Positions 36,264 through 49,690 of a DNA stretch of 64,000 nt are shown in pieces. The notes beneath the pieces were generated by a model, which had not been told where the DNA came from, ran no database searches, and worked only from the letters and a program-made list of their open reading frames with translations. The translations under genes and the position numbers were made by a program. Every line of letters starts with the position of its first letter. Position 1 is the first letter of the stretch. Origin of the DNA: Lama guanicoe (lineage: Eukaryota); the NCBI GenBank assembly GCA_013239625.1, contig MU053376.1, forward strand, positions 2,468,507 to 2,532,506, read 5' to 3'.

Positions 36264-38544
36264 GTGGCTTAGCCCACACTTCAGAAGGGGGTGGTGGTGG
36301 CTGTTCTTTTTTTCCATCCCCACCCTAAACCGGGCTGTCTCATCAAGAAGGAAGGGCGTGGAGAGGATGAGAGGCAGTAAGTTGGGACAAATGTGCTTTG
36401 GGAAGGAGAGGGCTCTCAGGCCTGAGGCTGCTGCTGCTCTTCTGAGCACTGACCCCTCCAGTCTGCTTCCAGGCCCACAGACACTTTGGGGACTTCACTG
36501 GGAGTGTTCCAGCCATCAGTGCTGCTTTAACCCCATTCCAACTCTCCTGAATGCACCCTTGCCTTTTCATCTGTTCTTCCAATAGCCAGAGGGATCTTTC
36601 AAAAATACAGACCTGATCATCTCACTCCCCTGGGTCTGTCCCTATCTTGACAGGAGAAAGATACAGACGCAGGAATCCACCTGAAGGCGTCGGTGCCTCT
36701 GTGATTTGATGCCAAAGAAATGGATACAGGCAGCAAGTGAGGTTGGAAATCAGAGAAGGAGGGGATCAGGACAGTCGTGAGGGATGCCTCCGGGGCTGGA
36801 GAGGCAGGAAGGGCGTTCCGCGAGGGTGTGCCAGCGGAAGCAAAGGCCAAGAGGAGCCAATCGGCATGAATGGGAACCGTGCGACCAGCCTGTGCTTGTT
36901 CCCGAGCAGTGGGGGCTGAAGCATGGAGAGCAGAGGAGAGGCGGGGCCAGCAGCCGAGGGTCCTGCACGGCAGACAAGAGGCCACTGGGCTTGGTGATGG
37001 GAACTGAGATTTGTGACCCAGGGAGCAGCCCCATGCGAATAGAAGATCAGTCTGGGAGTGATGTGCAAGATGAACTGTAGCAAATAGGAAAGGAGGAAGA
37101 TGGAGGAAGGATAGACAGACGGAGGGAGGAGGGAGAGGTAGCCCTTGCTGAGCACCTAGTGGGCCCCTCACAGAGGTATCTCATTTAATCCTGTCGACAA
37201 CCCTGAATGGGATGCATTAGCATCCATGTTTTACAGATAAAGAAGCTGGAGTTTACAGATGTGAAATAGCTTGCTCAAGGTATCTGAAGTTGCCTCATGT
37301 CTGACAAGTAGTAGACACTTGGTATGTCTTTGCTGAACTTGAGTGCTAGTTCCTCAATGAATTGAACATAAATGAACTCCCCCGGTCTGGGACTCCCAGT
37401 GGTCCCCATTGTGCATCACATCCAAATTCCTTACCATGGCCAACCAGGCTCTGCTTGCTGACAACAGCCCACCTGCAGCCTTACCTTGTCCCACTGTCCT
37501 CACCAAACTAAGCTCAAGTTCCTGGAAGGGCTCTGCTTTCCTTCCTCAGGACCTTTGCACTTGCTGTTGCTGCTGCCTGGAATGTCCATTGTCCCCGCCT
37601 CTAACTCCTTTCCCCTCTCTTTTCCCACTTATCTTGTTCAGATTCTTTAGATGTGAGCTCAGTATCTTCTTCAGAGAAATCTATCCCAAGGTCCCCTTAT
37701 ATGCTTTCATAATACTCCATCTGACAATTGTCATTATCTATTTAATGTCTACCTCATCCTTTGCTGGACTGAATGCTCCGTGAGGACAGGGAACCTGTCT
37801 GTTCTACTCAGTACCATGCACGGGAGTCGGGATAACTGACTTCCAGTCCTGGAAGCATCACTTCGGGACTTCGAGTCAGTCACTTAATCTCTTTGAGCCT
37901 TAGCACCCTCATCTGTAAAATAAAATGAAAAACCTCAACTTCCTCATCTTCCTTGTTTTGAGATCCAAATGAGATTGTAACTGGGGGTATGTTAGGTTTA
38001 CTGAGAAATGCTGGGCTGGCAGAAGACGTGTTTGTTGTCATCAGAGATCAGGAGGTGATGCGCAGACTCACACAGGGCCTGAAAGGAGAGCATTTCCTCC
38101 CCCAGGACCTGGTGGGTGCTCTCGCCCAGCAGTTGCCATGAACTGGGTGTCTGTCATCAGCCACTTCTCCCTGACCATCACTTCCAGTCAATTCATTGCT
38201 CACTTATTAAGCACTCATTTTATTTAAACCACTGTTCTGGGCAAGTCTTGCTCCAGTCCTCTCACAACCCTTCTTTTACTCCTTTTCTTCGATGTGTGTC
38301 AAAATGGGGAGTTGGATAAATCCGTTGTGATGCCCATAGTGAATAAAAATCAATCAATAAATAGTGAATTGCCCATACCCAAATCTTGAGACATATTAAG
38401 AGGCTCTGTTCACATTTTCCTCAGTCCATCTCCCTTCTCCAATGAGTTCACCATTTGTGTTATAAATGATAAGGTTTAGCTTATCAGATTCAGTTGTACA
38501 AAGAAAGGAAAGGAAAAAGTTTTCATTGCTGGTTAGTTTCACTT

Positions 38545-38905
38545 ATTTATTATTTATTTATTTTTATTGACGTATAGTCAGTTTACAATGTGTCAATTTC
38601 TGGTACAGCATAATGTTTCAGTCATGCATATCCATACATATATTCATTTTCATATTCTTTTCATTAAAGGTTATTACAAGATATTGAATATAGTTCCCTG
38701 TGCTATACAGTAGGACCTGGTTGTTTATCTATTTTATATACAGTAGTGTGTATCTGCAATTTATCCCTCTCTTTCTCTTTCCCCACTGGTAACCATAAGT
38801 TTGTTTTCTATGTCTGTGAGCCTGTTTCTGTTTGGTAAGTAAGTTCACTTGTGTCTTTCTTTTTTTTTTTTTAAGCTTCTACATTTGAGTGATATCATGG
38901 CATTT
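38545..38905 (-). mobile_element. L1 3'UTR fragment
   Basis: Same L1 tail consensus as 20465-20822. Flanked by TSD-like tttcattgctggtta / tttcactgctggtta. Confidence 0.8.
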
Positions 38906-39650
38906 TTCACTGCTGGTTAACTTTGAACCATGATGCATTTCATGTGTATGGACGAGGGAATCTAGGCACTGGTGGACACTCTGCCTTTACTTTCCACAGA
39001 TAATGCATTAGTCCAGGCAGCACCAGGCTCTCCCATCTCGTACCAGGGATGGGCATGGCTGTGCGCAGCACCCAGCTCCACCTGTCTACTGCCCATCAAA
39101 CTCCATCTTCCTCTGGGCAACTTACCAGGCCCCTCCTCACACACAGCCTTGCAAAGTGGGGCCAGTCAACAGCCTGCCTTCTTTAGATCCTGCTGGAATC
39201 AAGGAGGCACAGCATCACCCACTTTTGGCTCTGGACAGAGAGCACTCAACCTTTTGTGACCCCTCCTTATCCCCTCCACAGCTCTCCTCACCTGCTCCCC
39301 TCCACCCTCCCTCTCCTCCTCAGTCTGGGAAGAAAATGCCAAGAATGCTTCCTCCTAGCTCGGCGGGTTCTTCTACTTCTGCTCTCCCCAGAGCCCAGGG
39401 CTCACTGCCCCTCTCCCAACACCCAGCGCCAAGTGCCAGCCCAGCTGAGCACAGATTCCTCTGTTCCCAGGGAGGTGGGGCACCGGCAGGGCTGGAGCAA
39501 AAGGAAGGGGGCTGCTGCTTATACTAAAGGGGCGGTCAGTGGGGGGCACATGTGTTTGTTCTTCACTTTTAGTGGGCTGAGAATTTTCCAGAGTGGCTGT
39601 CTTGTGTCCTTGTCCCCAGCAGCTATTCCTCCCAACCCGTCTAGCACACA

Positions 39651-40118
39651 TGTTGACCGAGAAAAAATGCACAACCTAAAAGTTGAGAGTTATATTTTAT
39701 TCGGGGACCTTACGGAGGATGATAGTGTGGGAATCAGCTTCTTAGCTCTGGGGAACTGTTCCAAAGAGGTAAGGGAGGAGCCAGGCCATATGGGAGTTTT
39801 TGCTGGGGAAGAAAAAAATGCAAGAAAGCAAAAACATTGTAGTTGAACATTAAAAGATTACTGCTAATCACACAAAAAAGCAGACATCTCAAGTTAATGA
39901 TTTTAGTGTTTTTCTCTGTATGGGAAGATGCAAAAATCTGGGCTCATTGAAAGTATTCCTTTGATGTGCATCGTAACTCTCTGGGGCCAGTATTGTTTTT
40001 ATCCCTCCATCCTGAATTCCCCTCTGGGCGCAGCTCAGAGCGGCTGCAGTGGTTGATGGCTTGATGGTGGGTAAGTTCTTTGTTTCCTGAAATGTAAAGC
40101 AACATTACTTTGTCCAAA
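39651..40118. mobile_element. Solo ERV1-type LTR
   Basis: Starts tgttgaccgagaaaaaatgcacaacctaaaagttgagag and ends tttgtccaaa, with caca flanks as a possible 4-bp TSD. Confidence 0.6.
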
Positions 40119-40129
40119 CACACAGGATT

Positions 40130-41160
40130 TTAACCCTGTTTTTCTGCACTCAATTCCGATGAGCGTGTTTAGTGGGTGCGAGGGCGGGAGTCCACATTCC
40201 ACATAGCAGTTCTCAGACACCAGCTGGGTTTCCTACAATTCAACTCAATGCTGACAATGTCTGCCTGGAAATAGAGTCAGATCCCACAGGTTAAGGGCTC
40301 AGTCCTACCAGACTGCCCTCGTCCCCCAGCTGCCGCTTCAGATGCCAGTCACAAGCCCAGGTCCTTCTGACCTGCCAGCTATAAAATTGGAGGCTCCAAT
40401 GACCCCTTCCTTGAAATTCCGACAAGCCCTTTCTTGGTTTCTGATTAATTTACCAGAGCACCTCACAGGGCCCAGAGAAACATTTTACTTACTAGATTAC
40501 TGGTTTATTTGGAAAAAAAAAATAGGGGGGTGGGGGATACAGCTCAGGAACCGCCAGGTGGAAGGGAGGCACAAGGCAAGCTATGAGGAAATGGCAGAGT
40601 TTCTGTGCTCTCTCCAGGCCACCACTCTCCACTAATTTCCACGTGTTCACCTACCCGGAAGTTCTCCAAACCCAATGCTTTTTTTTTTTTTTTAAATGGA
40701 GGCTTCACTGCATAGTCACGATTGATTAATTCATTGGCCATTAATGTTTAAACTCATCCTCCAGCCGCTTTCCCCTCCCCAGAGGCTGGGGGGTTGGGAC
40801 TGAAAATTCCAACCCTCTAATCACAAGATTGGGTCCCCTGACAATCAGCCTGCAACTTTAGGTGACCTAAGGGCATTCCCAATGTCCCCACATTAGCAAA
40901 ACAAAAGACACATTTACCATGTTCTCCTCACCTTGGAAATCCAAGGGTTTTAGGAGCTCTGGGTCAAAGACCAAATATATATTTCTTTTTTTTTTAAGGT
41001 TTTTTGGGGGGGGGGGAGGTAGTTAGGTTTATTTATTTATTTATACTTTTTAAGGGAGGTATTGGGGATTGAACCCAGGACATCATGCATGCAAGGCACA
41101 TGCTCTAACACTGAGCTATACCCACCCCCCCGTATTTCTTATTATAAATCAGTATCACAC
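40130..41160. mobile_element. MER21-like LTR, copy 2
   Basis: caattcaactcaatgctgaca...gatcccacaggttaagggctcagtcc...ccaagggttttaggagctctg...gaccaaatatatatttctt. Confidence 0.7.
40988..41131 (-). mobile_element. vic-1-type SINE inserted in the end of a MER21-like LTR
   Basis: SINE consensus flanked by the TSD tatttctt on both sides. Confidence 0.85.
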
Positions 41161-44100
41161 GAGGACTTAACTGTATAGCACAGGGAACGATATTCAATAC
41201 CTTGTAGTAACCTATAATGGAAAAGAATGTGGAAAATAATATATATATATATATGTATAACTGAATCACTTTTGCTGTATACCTGAAACATTGTAAACCA
41301 ACTATACTTCAATTAAAAAAAAAAAGGATGACTATCACTAGCCCCTAACTATTCCACACCAGCCCTCTTGATAAAATCCAAATGGTCCAAATACTGGGTG
41401 CTACTCCGTGAGCACAGTTCCTCCTTCTTCTGAGAACCATTCTTCATCAACAGTTCCTGAAACTAGCTGAACTTCAGCTGACCCATCTCCTGCGGAAGCC
41501 CTGTAAAACCTTCCACTCTCCATCCCCAAGTTAGAAGGGCGTGAAGGTGGATGCTAATGGTCCTCAGGAGAATCTCCTTCCGCAATGCACTCCTTATGAT
41601 AAATTGACACAGTCTGGCAAAGGGTCTTCTGTTTAACCCAAGCACAACTTCCGGGAAGAGGGGGATGGGTAACTAGAGGAGAGAGGAAGGAAGATCGTTC
41701 TGAAGCTTATGAAAGGATTTGAAAGAGTGTGTCAGGGAAGGTGATTCCAAAAGAGTATGTGGTGGGTCTGGCAGGCACCAACCGCAGGGGCTGGCCCTGG
41801 AGCCCTTTCTCAGCTTCCTTCATCACCATATCCCGCCCCTGGGGTGGCTGCCTCCTCACTTCACCCCAGCACATTGGGTTCCACCTCTCAAGCCAACTTC
41901 CCTTGCTTGGTGCTCCATTTCTCTGTAGATCCACACATCTGCTTGGTTTTCTTTTCTATCTTTTGCCTTGGAAAGCTGATTAGCTGAAATTCACTGAGAT
42001 TTGCCAAGGAACCGACACTTCACAGAGGGAGATGGGCCTCTAGAAATGCAAGCTCAGGGCCTCTAACCCAAGGACAGGTCCAGACCCCGGCACTGTGTTT
42101 TAGGACGCCCAGAGCAGACGGAGGTCCTGGTCTCTCTCCCCGTGGTTTCCTGGCCCCAGCCCCGTCTCTCTCAGAGCGGGTACCAAACTCCCCAGGTGTG
42201 AGGAGGACCTTATCAGAGGGCATCAGCAGAAACTTGATATCCAGGCCAGGGTCCAAACTGCACCCCATGCTACAGCCACACAAGTCTACAAGGACAAGAG
42301 GTTCCTCTCTAATTGCTGCTTCCTGCTCCTGCTTTCCCTGAATGGAATCCAGGTTTATTTGCAGACAGAGAGGAAGAGTCTGCCAAGGCCAAGGTTCTAT
42401 CAAAGGACCTTTGTCTCCCGAGCCAAACATTGGCTCATTGTTACCTTCCTGCCTGGATCCTTCTAGAGGTGGGAGGCCACCCAGAGGCTCCAGTTTCACT
42501 TTGTGGCTCTGAATGCAGTGGAGCAGGAGGAAGAGAGTGCCCCAGCTCCAGGCAAGAGAAAACCCTGGGTCAAGCAGATGTGATGAGCTTGCCCGGGGCT
42601 TCCTGTCCAGGGATGGCTGGGGTTCAGCTGGCCGATCAGACACACAGTTACCTTTCTTTCTTCAGGACGAGGAGTTCTAACATTTTTTTCCTTCTTTCCT
42701 CCTAAACTCAAGCCCATTAAATAATTCTTTTCCTCTGGCTTCTCAGTTTAAGCTCTTCATCCTTCCAAACTGGAGCCCAACATCCTTGTTTTCAGTCAGC
42801 TTCCTCTTATCAGCTCCACCAACACTGTGTTCCATGTCCCTCAGTGGTGACACGCCCCCTCTGTCCTGGGCTCATTGGCCTCCTCTTTCTGTGGCCCTGT
42901 TCATCTGTGTGCTCCGCCTCCCACATTGGAATGCTCTCCGAGGGCAGAATCCATGCCTTCCCCATTAGACCGGGAGCCCCCTTCTTTCCAACTCAAAGCC
43001 TGAACACAACACATCATGTTCTTTGAATGTTCGTTAAATGTGGATTCTAGCCACCCCTCTCCCAAGGACAGTGTTTGAAAGGTCTGTGCAGGAACAGACT
43101 CTCTCTCTCTCCCTCTGTCTCAGGATTAGACTCGAGCTGTGTGTTATTTCATGTAGATCAACCCCCCCACCCTTCAGCAAGTTACTGCCTTGACGATGAG
43201 TTTCATTAGATTCCTCCAGGCCTTGGAAGCCTGTCTCAGTAAGGGGTGAGGGTTTTTAAAGTAATCACCTCCTCTCCACCCTGGCACTGCAACTTCCATA
43301 ACTGAGAAGTGAAACTTTCAGAGCGAAGAGTTTTCTCCCAGCCTGTGTTCCGCAGTACAGACCTCAGACGAGCTCAGCACCGATGGCACTGAGGAAGGGT
43401 CTCAGCCCAGGCCAGCAACGTGGGCGTCATTTTAAACTCTTGTTTCCCTTCGTTCTTTGTGTTTTGTCAGTCACTAAGCAGCAAGTTAGATTCGTGGACA
43501 TCCATAGCATTGTCTCTCTCCTCCCCATCTTCACTCGCTTATTTAAACTCTCACTTGGACTTCTGGGGACACTGTGGGTGGTCAGCAGAATTCTGATACC
43601 CACCCCCTTCTCCCAGGCTGGCTTCCATTCGCGAGGATGGGGGAAGGGACCCACACAACTAGGGGAGGCTTGTCTCATGGACCTAAAGTGAAGTCTGTGG
43701 GAGAGTTTCTGGGAAAGAAAACCTTTATAAAATGCACGGGTGAGCAGGCAGCTGGAGAGCTGGAAGTCTTGTTTTTCAAAATCAGCCTCAAGCGTCACGC
43801 AGCTGACAGTCACTTCTTTGAGATGAGCTCCAGGAAAGGGACTGGACCCAGGGATGGGGTCGGCTATCTGCCACCACGCCACTCAGGTCCCCATCCAGAA
43901 GGTTCTCTTCTGACCACACTGCCAATCTTCCTGGGCCCAAATTCCTGCCAGGCAGGCACCCGCCAGAAAAGTTCAACCGTCAGGATGAAGTCCCCAGATG
44001 CTGTTAAAAGTGCATAATCCCAACCTGATATGCCAAACAAGCCATCAGGATGGAGGCCACAGGAGTGGTCTCTTAAGAGACCTTTCTTACTGGAACATTG

Positions 44101-44474
44101 ACTGAGGTTGGACAGTTTTCACATTCATTGAGAGAATGATGGAAAAGAAACAATTGTAGGAAGTTTGTACAAGAGCCAGAGTTTGAGGCTTGACACAATC
44201 TGTTAGCTGTGTGACTGGGGGCAAATCTTTTACCCTCTTCATACCTCAGTTTCCTCTTCTACAAAATGGCAATAATACTAGGTTTGTTGGGAGGATTAAA
44301 AAGAATGATGTGGGTAAAGTGCCTACCGCGGTTATCCTGTCTAGATTAACCGCAGTCGATGTGACCTGTCATTACAATTCTCAAGATGAACCCCAAGGTC
44401 TTACATGAGAGTTTGCCCTCTCAACCTGTTCTCTGCTGCCTCTCAAGGCACGCGAGCTGGGAAGAGGTTCTTCT

Positions 44475-44638
44475 TTTTTTAGAATTTATTTATTTATTTT
44501 GCATTGTCCTTTTTGGGGGCGGGGGAGGTAATTAGGCTCATTTATTTACTTCTTTTTTTTAACAGAGCTACTGGGGATTGAACCCAGAACTGCGTGCATG
44601 CTGAGCATGTGCTCTACCACTGAGCTATACCCTCCCCC
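44475..44638 (-). mobile_element. vic-1-type SINE
   Basis: SINE consensus with TSD-like ggttctt flanks. Confidence 0.85.
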
Positions 44639-45309
44639 TGGGGGTTCTTTTTCTCTGTTTAGAAGTTCCCCAGTACAATCAAGGCTCTGAGTAGAGACAA
44701 AGTCCACACATTTGCTTGTCAAGCCTAACTACCTAGAGGCCCATTAGGACCACCCAGTTATCTAATACCTGGCAGGTCTCAGTGTGAATGGGGCATATTT
44801 GGAAAAATTAAAAAGGTGTATGTGAGACTTGGTGAATCAGAACTGTCTCACCTTTTGTCTGAGCTGCAGGAATGATGGGTCCTTGTGGCACCCTGTATCC
44901 TAGTTCATCCTTCCTTCCTTCATTCATTCAACCAGTAGTCACTGAGTGCTTACCACACGCTGGGAACTGTGCAATGGGCTGCACATACAAGGGTGACCAA
45001 AAAGAGGCATGGTCTTTGATCATGTGGCTCTAAGTCTAATGGAGGAGCAGACATTAGTGAAATAGTTGTGTGCAAATGCACTTTGGGGAAGAGGTAACTA
45101 ATTCCATGAACTGAAGGAGTGACTGCTGCTCAGAGAAAGTGCAGGGGAGGCTGGGATGAACTAGGGCTGCCTGGGATGGAACCTGGAGATCTTGAAGTTC
45201 ATGTCTAAGAGTGGTGCGCCATGGGGGACTCGGTGTTCAGATCTGTGTCCTAAGAGCAGTAGGGAAGCCAGATCATGTCTGCTTGAGCTTTCTATTTTGA
45301 AAAAAATTC

Positions 45310-46460
45310 TTTCTCGAAATTTTTTATTTTAAAAGAATTTTAAACTTTAAAAAGTTGCAAAAATAGTACAAACAGTTCCCATATATTCTTCACCCATCTT
45401 CCCCAAATGTTCACATCTTCCCTAGCACTTATTGAGAGCAAATTGGGATGTGCTTTTCTGCTGCAAGATTGGCGCTGGGCTCCCACACGGTATTTATTTG
45501 CCATTTCTCTTTAAACTCCTCCAACACGAGACAGGCTTTCAGTCTTTCTTTATCTCTTAAGACCACTGTGCTCTTAAAGAGTACTGGCCAATTATTTTGT
45601 AGAATGTGTCTCCATTTGTGTCCGTCTGATATTTCCTCATTTAAATTCAGGTTGTGCCTTCCTGGCAAGAACACCACAGCTGTGATGGTGTGTCCTCAGT
45701 GCAGTGCGACAGGAGGGCCCTAATGTCAATGTGTGTCGTAACTGGTGATGTTAACTTTGATTGCTCAGCTACTGTTTCTCTCTTTTCAATGGTTAAGTAT
45801 TTTGTAGGAGGATACTTTGAGACTATTTCTCAACGGACTCTCACCACTTTTAGCATCCATTAATGATTCTTACCTGCAACAATGATTACTGCGGTGTCTA
45901 CCAAATGATCATTTTTCTGTTTCTGTCCTTCTTTCCACGCTTACTGTTTGGAATTGTACTGGAACAAAGAACTGTTCCTTAACATCCACTTACTTATTCA
46001 ATTTTCAAACTTTATGTCAGTATGGAATCATGTATATGTATTTCATTCTATGAGTTATAGTCATCAGTGTCACTTATTCTGATGCTCAACTTATTCCATA
46101 CTTGGCTATTGAGAAACTCTTTACATTGGCTCTTTTGTCCCTTTCACATTTATTTTAAAAAATTAAGAAAATTAACATGACATTGTCAATTCACTATATG
46201 TCAATTAAAAAAAAAAAAAAGAAAATGAGGAAGAATGAACCTGCAATATTGGATTGGAATTGGAGGTATCAGTATGAACTCATGACTTTTCAATATATAT
46301 ACAGTTAGGTGAATCTAGTCAAAGATACAGACGTGTGTGTCTATTCACACATATATTTCCTGGTTCTGTCTGCTGAGAGGGCCTAGAAGCAACGAGCATG
46401 TCTCACACCCAGGTCTTAGTTTCTAAATATCATCTTCCAAGAAAAAGATCCATTGGTCCT
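45310..46460. mobile_element. Ancient L1 (L1MC/ME-like) 3' fragments
   Basis: aaaagttgcaaaaatagtaca...actggccaattattttgtagaatgtg...ggcaagaacaccaca. Confidence 0.55.
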
Positions 46461-47294
46461 TGGTGGAGAATTCTGGAGTGAGGACCGGCAAAGAGGAGAA
46501 GGGCCCAATACATCTTGTGCTGGTGAAAAAAAAAATGAGAAAGTACTCAAAAAAATGATAGAGGCCTGTCCACAGGACAAAAGAGTTAAAGTAAAGGGTC
46601 CCTCAAGAGCCAAATATGGAGTAAAATACTCAGCCGAGCGGCATCCCCGGAGGGAGCGTTGTTCCCACTCCCAAAGTCTTCCCCAGCTCTCCCACCGACC
46701 CCTCTGTAGGGACTCAATCATGCTAGGTTTTGGTTTGCCCTTCCTGTATTCCCTTTTGCACAAATGTGCAGATACGTGTATGTTTTCTTAGGGCTTCTTT
46801 TCTCTTACATGAAGGGTGATGCACCACAGATGGGAAGACCACCCTGTTGCTGTGTGGAGAGGGGCTGGAGGGAGGCTTGAGTCGATGTGAAAAGAACACT
46901 CGGAAAGCTGCCTCTGTGGTCCAGAGAGACGTGGGGCACTGGTGCGGCTGCGGTGGCAGCAGGAAAGAAGAGAAGACAACAGATCTGAATGATTTTTGGA
47001 GGTGATATTGTTATAACTTGGTAACTGATGACTGAGAATGATGTTATGGACGATGTTTTGGTCTCTGGCTTTGCTGAGTGGTTGGATGCTAGTGTCGCTC
47101 ACTGAGCTCAAGAACACTGTAAAAGGGGCAGATTTAGTGGGGGATGCTCTATATGCATCTGTGTTTGAACAAGTTGAGTTAGAAATGGAGGGAGAGTAGG
47201 CAGCTGAGGCATAAAGCACAGACAGGAGTTATGAAGTGTAATGTCTCAAGCTGTGAATTCTGCCCAGTCTTCTAGACTCTGAGGTCAGGAAATG

Positions 47295-48092
47295 AGTGTA
47301 GCAGCGTGGGGAGTCGGATCCAGTACCCAATTCCAGTGTGGTGTCAGCAGGGTGTTTTACAGTTCAAGTCAATCCTGATACTCCCCACCCTGAGATGGCA
47401 TCAGATTCCACAGGTCAAAGGCTCAGTTTGGCACAACCACCCCTCACTTCTGATGCCGATCGCAAGCCCAGGTTATCACCCTTGCTTCTGATCCACTGAT
47501 TATAAATCAGAGGTTCCCACAACCTCCTCCTTAGGTTCAACTAATTTGCTAAGTGGCTTGCAGGAAACTGGTTTACTCACTAGATTATTGGCTTATTACA
47601 AGGGATATCAAGGGATATGAATCAACAGCCAAGTGAAGAGATACATTGGGTGAGGTTCTGAGCAAAGGAGCTTCTGTCCTCGCGGAGTTTGGTGCCTGAC
47701 ACGGTGGCACACGGAAGCATTGTGATTCCCCAGCCTGGAAGCTCTCTGAGCCCCACTCTTTTGAGTCTTTATGGGGGCTTCATGGCACAGGCACGATTGA
47801 TTAAACCATTGGCCATTGATGGCTGAGCTCTCCTCTCCCCAGAGGTCAGGGTCGGGGTGCAGGAGGAGCAGAGTGGATGGTACTGAAAGTTCCAACTCTC
47901 TAATCACGTGGTTGGCTCCCCTGGTGAACAACCCCTCCTTCTTAGGTTATGTAGGGGCTTTCCAAAAGTCACCCCATTAATGCAACAAAGGACAGCTTTA
48001 TTGCTTTCATCACATGAAATTTCAAGGGTTTTAGGAGTTCTGTGCCAGAAACAGGGATGAAGACCAAACATATATTTCTAATTATACGTCAC
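47295..48092. mobile_element. MER21-like LTR, copy 3
   Basis: gcatcagattccacaggtcaaaggctcag...ttcaagggttttaggagttctgtgccagaaac...gaagaccaaacatatatttct. Confidence 0.7.
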
Positions 48093-49279
48093 AAGGAGAT
48101 ATTCAAGTCCCACGCAGGAGAACAAAAACATAAAGCCTTGATAGTCACCCCAACCTCTTCTTGCAGGAGGCACGATGCCCACCAGAGGATACGCCTTCCC
48201 AGCGGATGAGGTCAGAGGTACAGGGCAGTGAGGTGGGATGGCAGAAGATGAGGTTAGCATTGTGTCTGATTTCAGGTCATCCTAAAATGCTATTAATGCC
48301 GTATTTGAACTAACTTCAGCTAAAGCCTACACCCACAGTTCACAAGACCTACTTACTTGGTGCCTTGATTGATAACAGAGGAGCTCCCACCTGAAGCATT
48401 AGGTTGGGGTATCACTGGGAGAGGAGACTAAGCTTCTCCCCTTATCCACAGAGCCAGGAGCAATGCAAAGAAGGCCCTGCCCAAACCCTTGAAAAGAGTC
48501 GGTGTGAGTCAGACATGTAGTGGTCACAAGCCATCTTGTGTTGTTGTCCCCTCCCCCCCCACTCCCCTCACACTTTCAGGCACAAAGGTAAGGAGGCAGA
48601 GAACACTCCAGAGCTCAGTGAGACACCCTTGTTCATGGAGAAGACATTTTCTTTAAAAATCTCTTGGGGCAGATGCTCAGGTCGTGAGGGGCCCAGAGTG
48701 TGGGTGGAGGTGAGGATTTCCTGGGTGTGCTGTGACACACCAGGAGGGAGAGAGAGGAGAGAGAGGAGAGAGAGGATGACACGGAGGTTGTGGCAGGCTG
48801 CATGCCTTTTGTCAGGACATGCCTGATCTTCAGTTAAAAACTGAAAAAACAATGAAATGCTTAAACTTGATTTCCCGTGGGGGCCAGTTAGAGGCCCAGG
48901 CTTTGAGCCTAGACTGATAGGAGTGGGGACAGCGAGGGGGCCGTGGGACGGGCAGGTATGGGGCACCATGAAGTGGCACCATAGATGCGAGGGGACACAG
49001 GAGGGAGGTTGGCTGCAGGAGGTTCTGGAAACTGGATAAGGGCTTTTGGCTGTTTCAGGCTGAGGAATTTAGGTGCAGGCTAGGATTAATCCAGTCCTCA
49101 AGGGGGACCCATTGGCATCTGAATTACATATATAATATGTAATTACATAGTAACATTAATAGATTGCATTTATTGAACAATGTGGCAAGTGGTTTTGTTT
49201 TTCTTTTTAATTGAATGGAAGATTCTTTAAATTCTATAGTGCTTTACAAGTTCTAAAAGTTTCATGTGCATGATCTCAT

Positions 49280-49690
49280 ACAATCCCCTAATTACCCTTT
49301 TCCCCCACCTGTGTGTTGCCCCGTTTCCATTCCTTCCCTCCCCACCGGTAACCACTAGTTCTCCGTATCTGTGTCTGCTTCTTTTTTGTTACACTCACTA
49401 GCTTGTTGTACTTTTTAGATTCCACATAATAAGTGATCTCATACAGTCTTAGTCTTTCTCTGACTTATTTCACTTAGCACAATGCCCTCCAAGTCCATCC
49501 ATGTTGTTGCAAATGGCAAAATTTCATTCTTATTTTTTTATGGCTGAGAGGTATTCCATTGTATACATACCACATCTTCTCTATCCACTCATTTGTTGAT
49601 GGACTGTTAGGTTGGTACCATACCTTGGCAATTGTAAATACTGCTGCTGTGACCATTGGGGTGCATGTATCTTTTAGAATTATGTTTTCA
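49280..49690 (-). mobile_element. L1 (ORF2 end/3'UTR) fragment
   Basis: tttagattccacatataagtgatctcatacag...ccatccatgttgttgcaaatggc. The ORF at 49474-49656 (-) resembles the L1 ORF2 C-terminus (AAVFTIAKVW...EWIEKMWY). Confidence 0.8.

Noticed and set aside
43383..43882. Overlapping 100-150-aa ORFs
   Set aside because: Part of the region resembles an L2 fragment; no recognisable protein or splice structure.
44067..44082. Perfect 16-bp palindrome GGTCTCTTAAGAGACC
   Set aside because: About one is expected by chance in 64 kb (64000 x 4^-8 is roughly 1).
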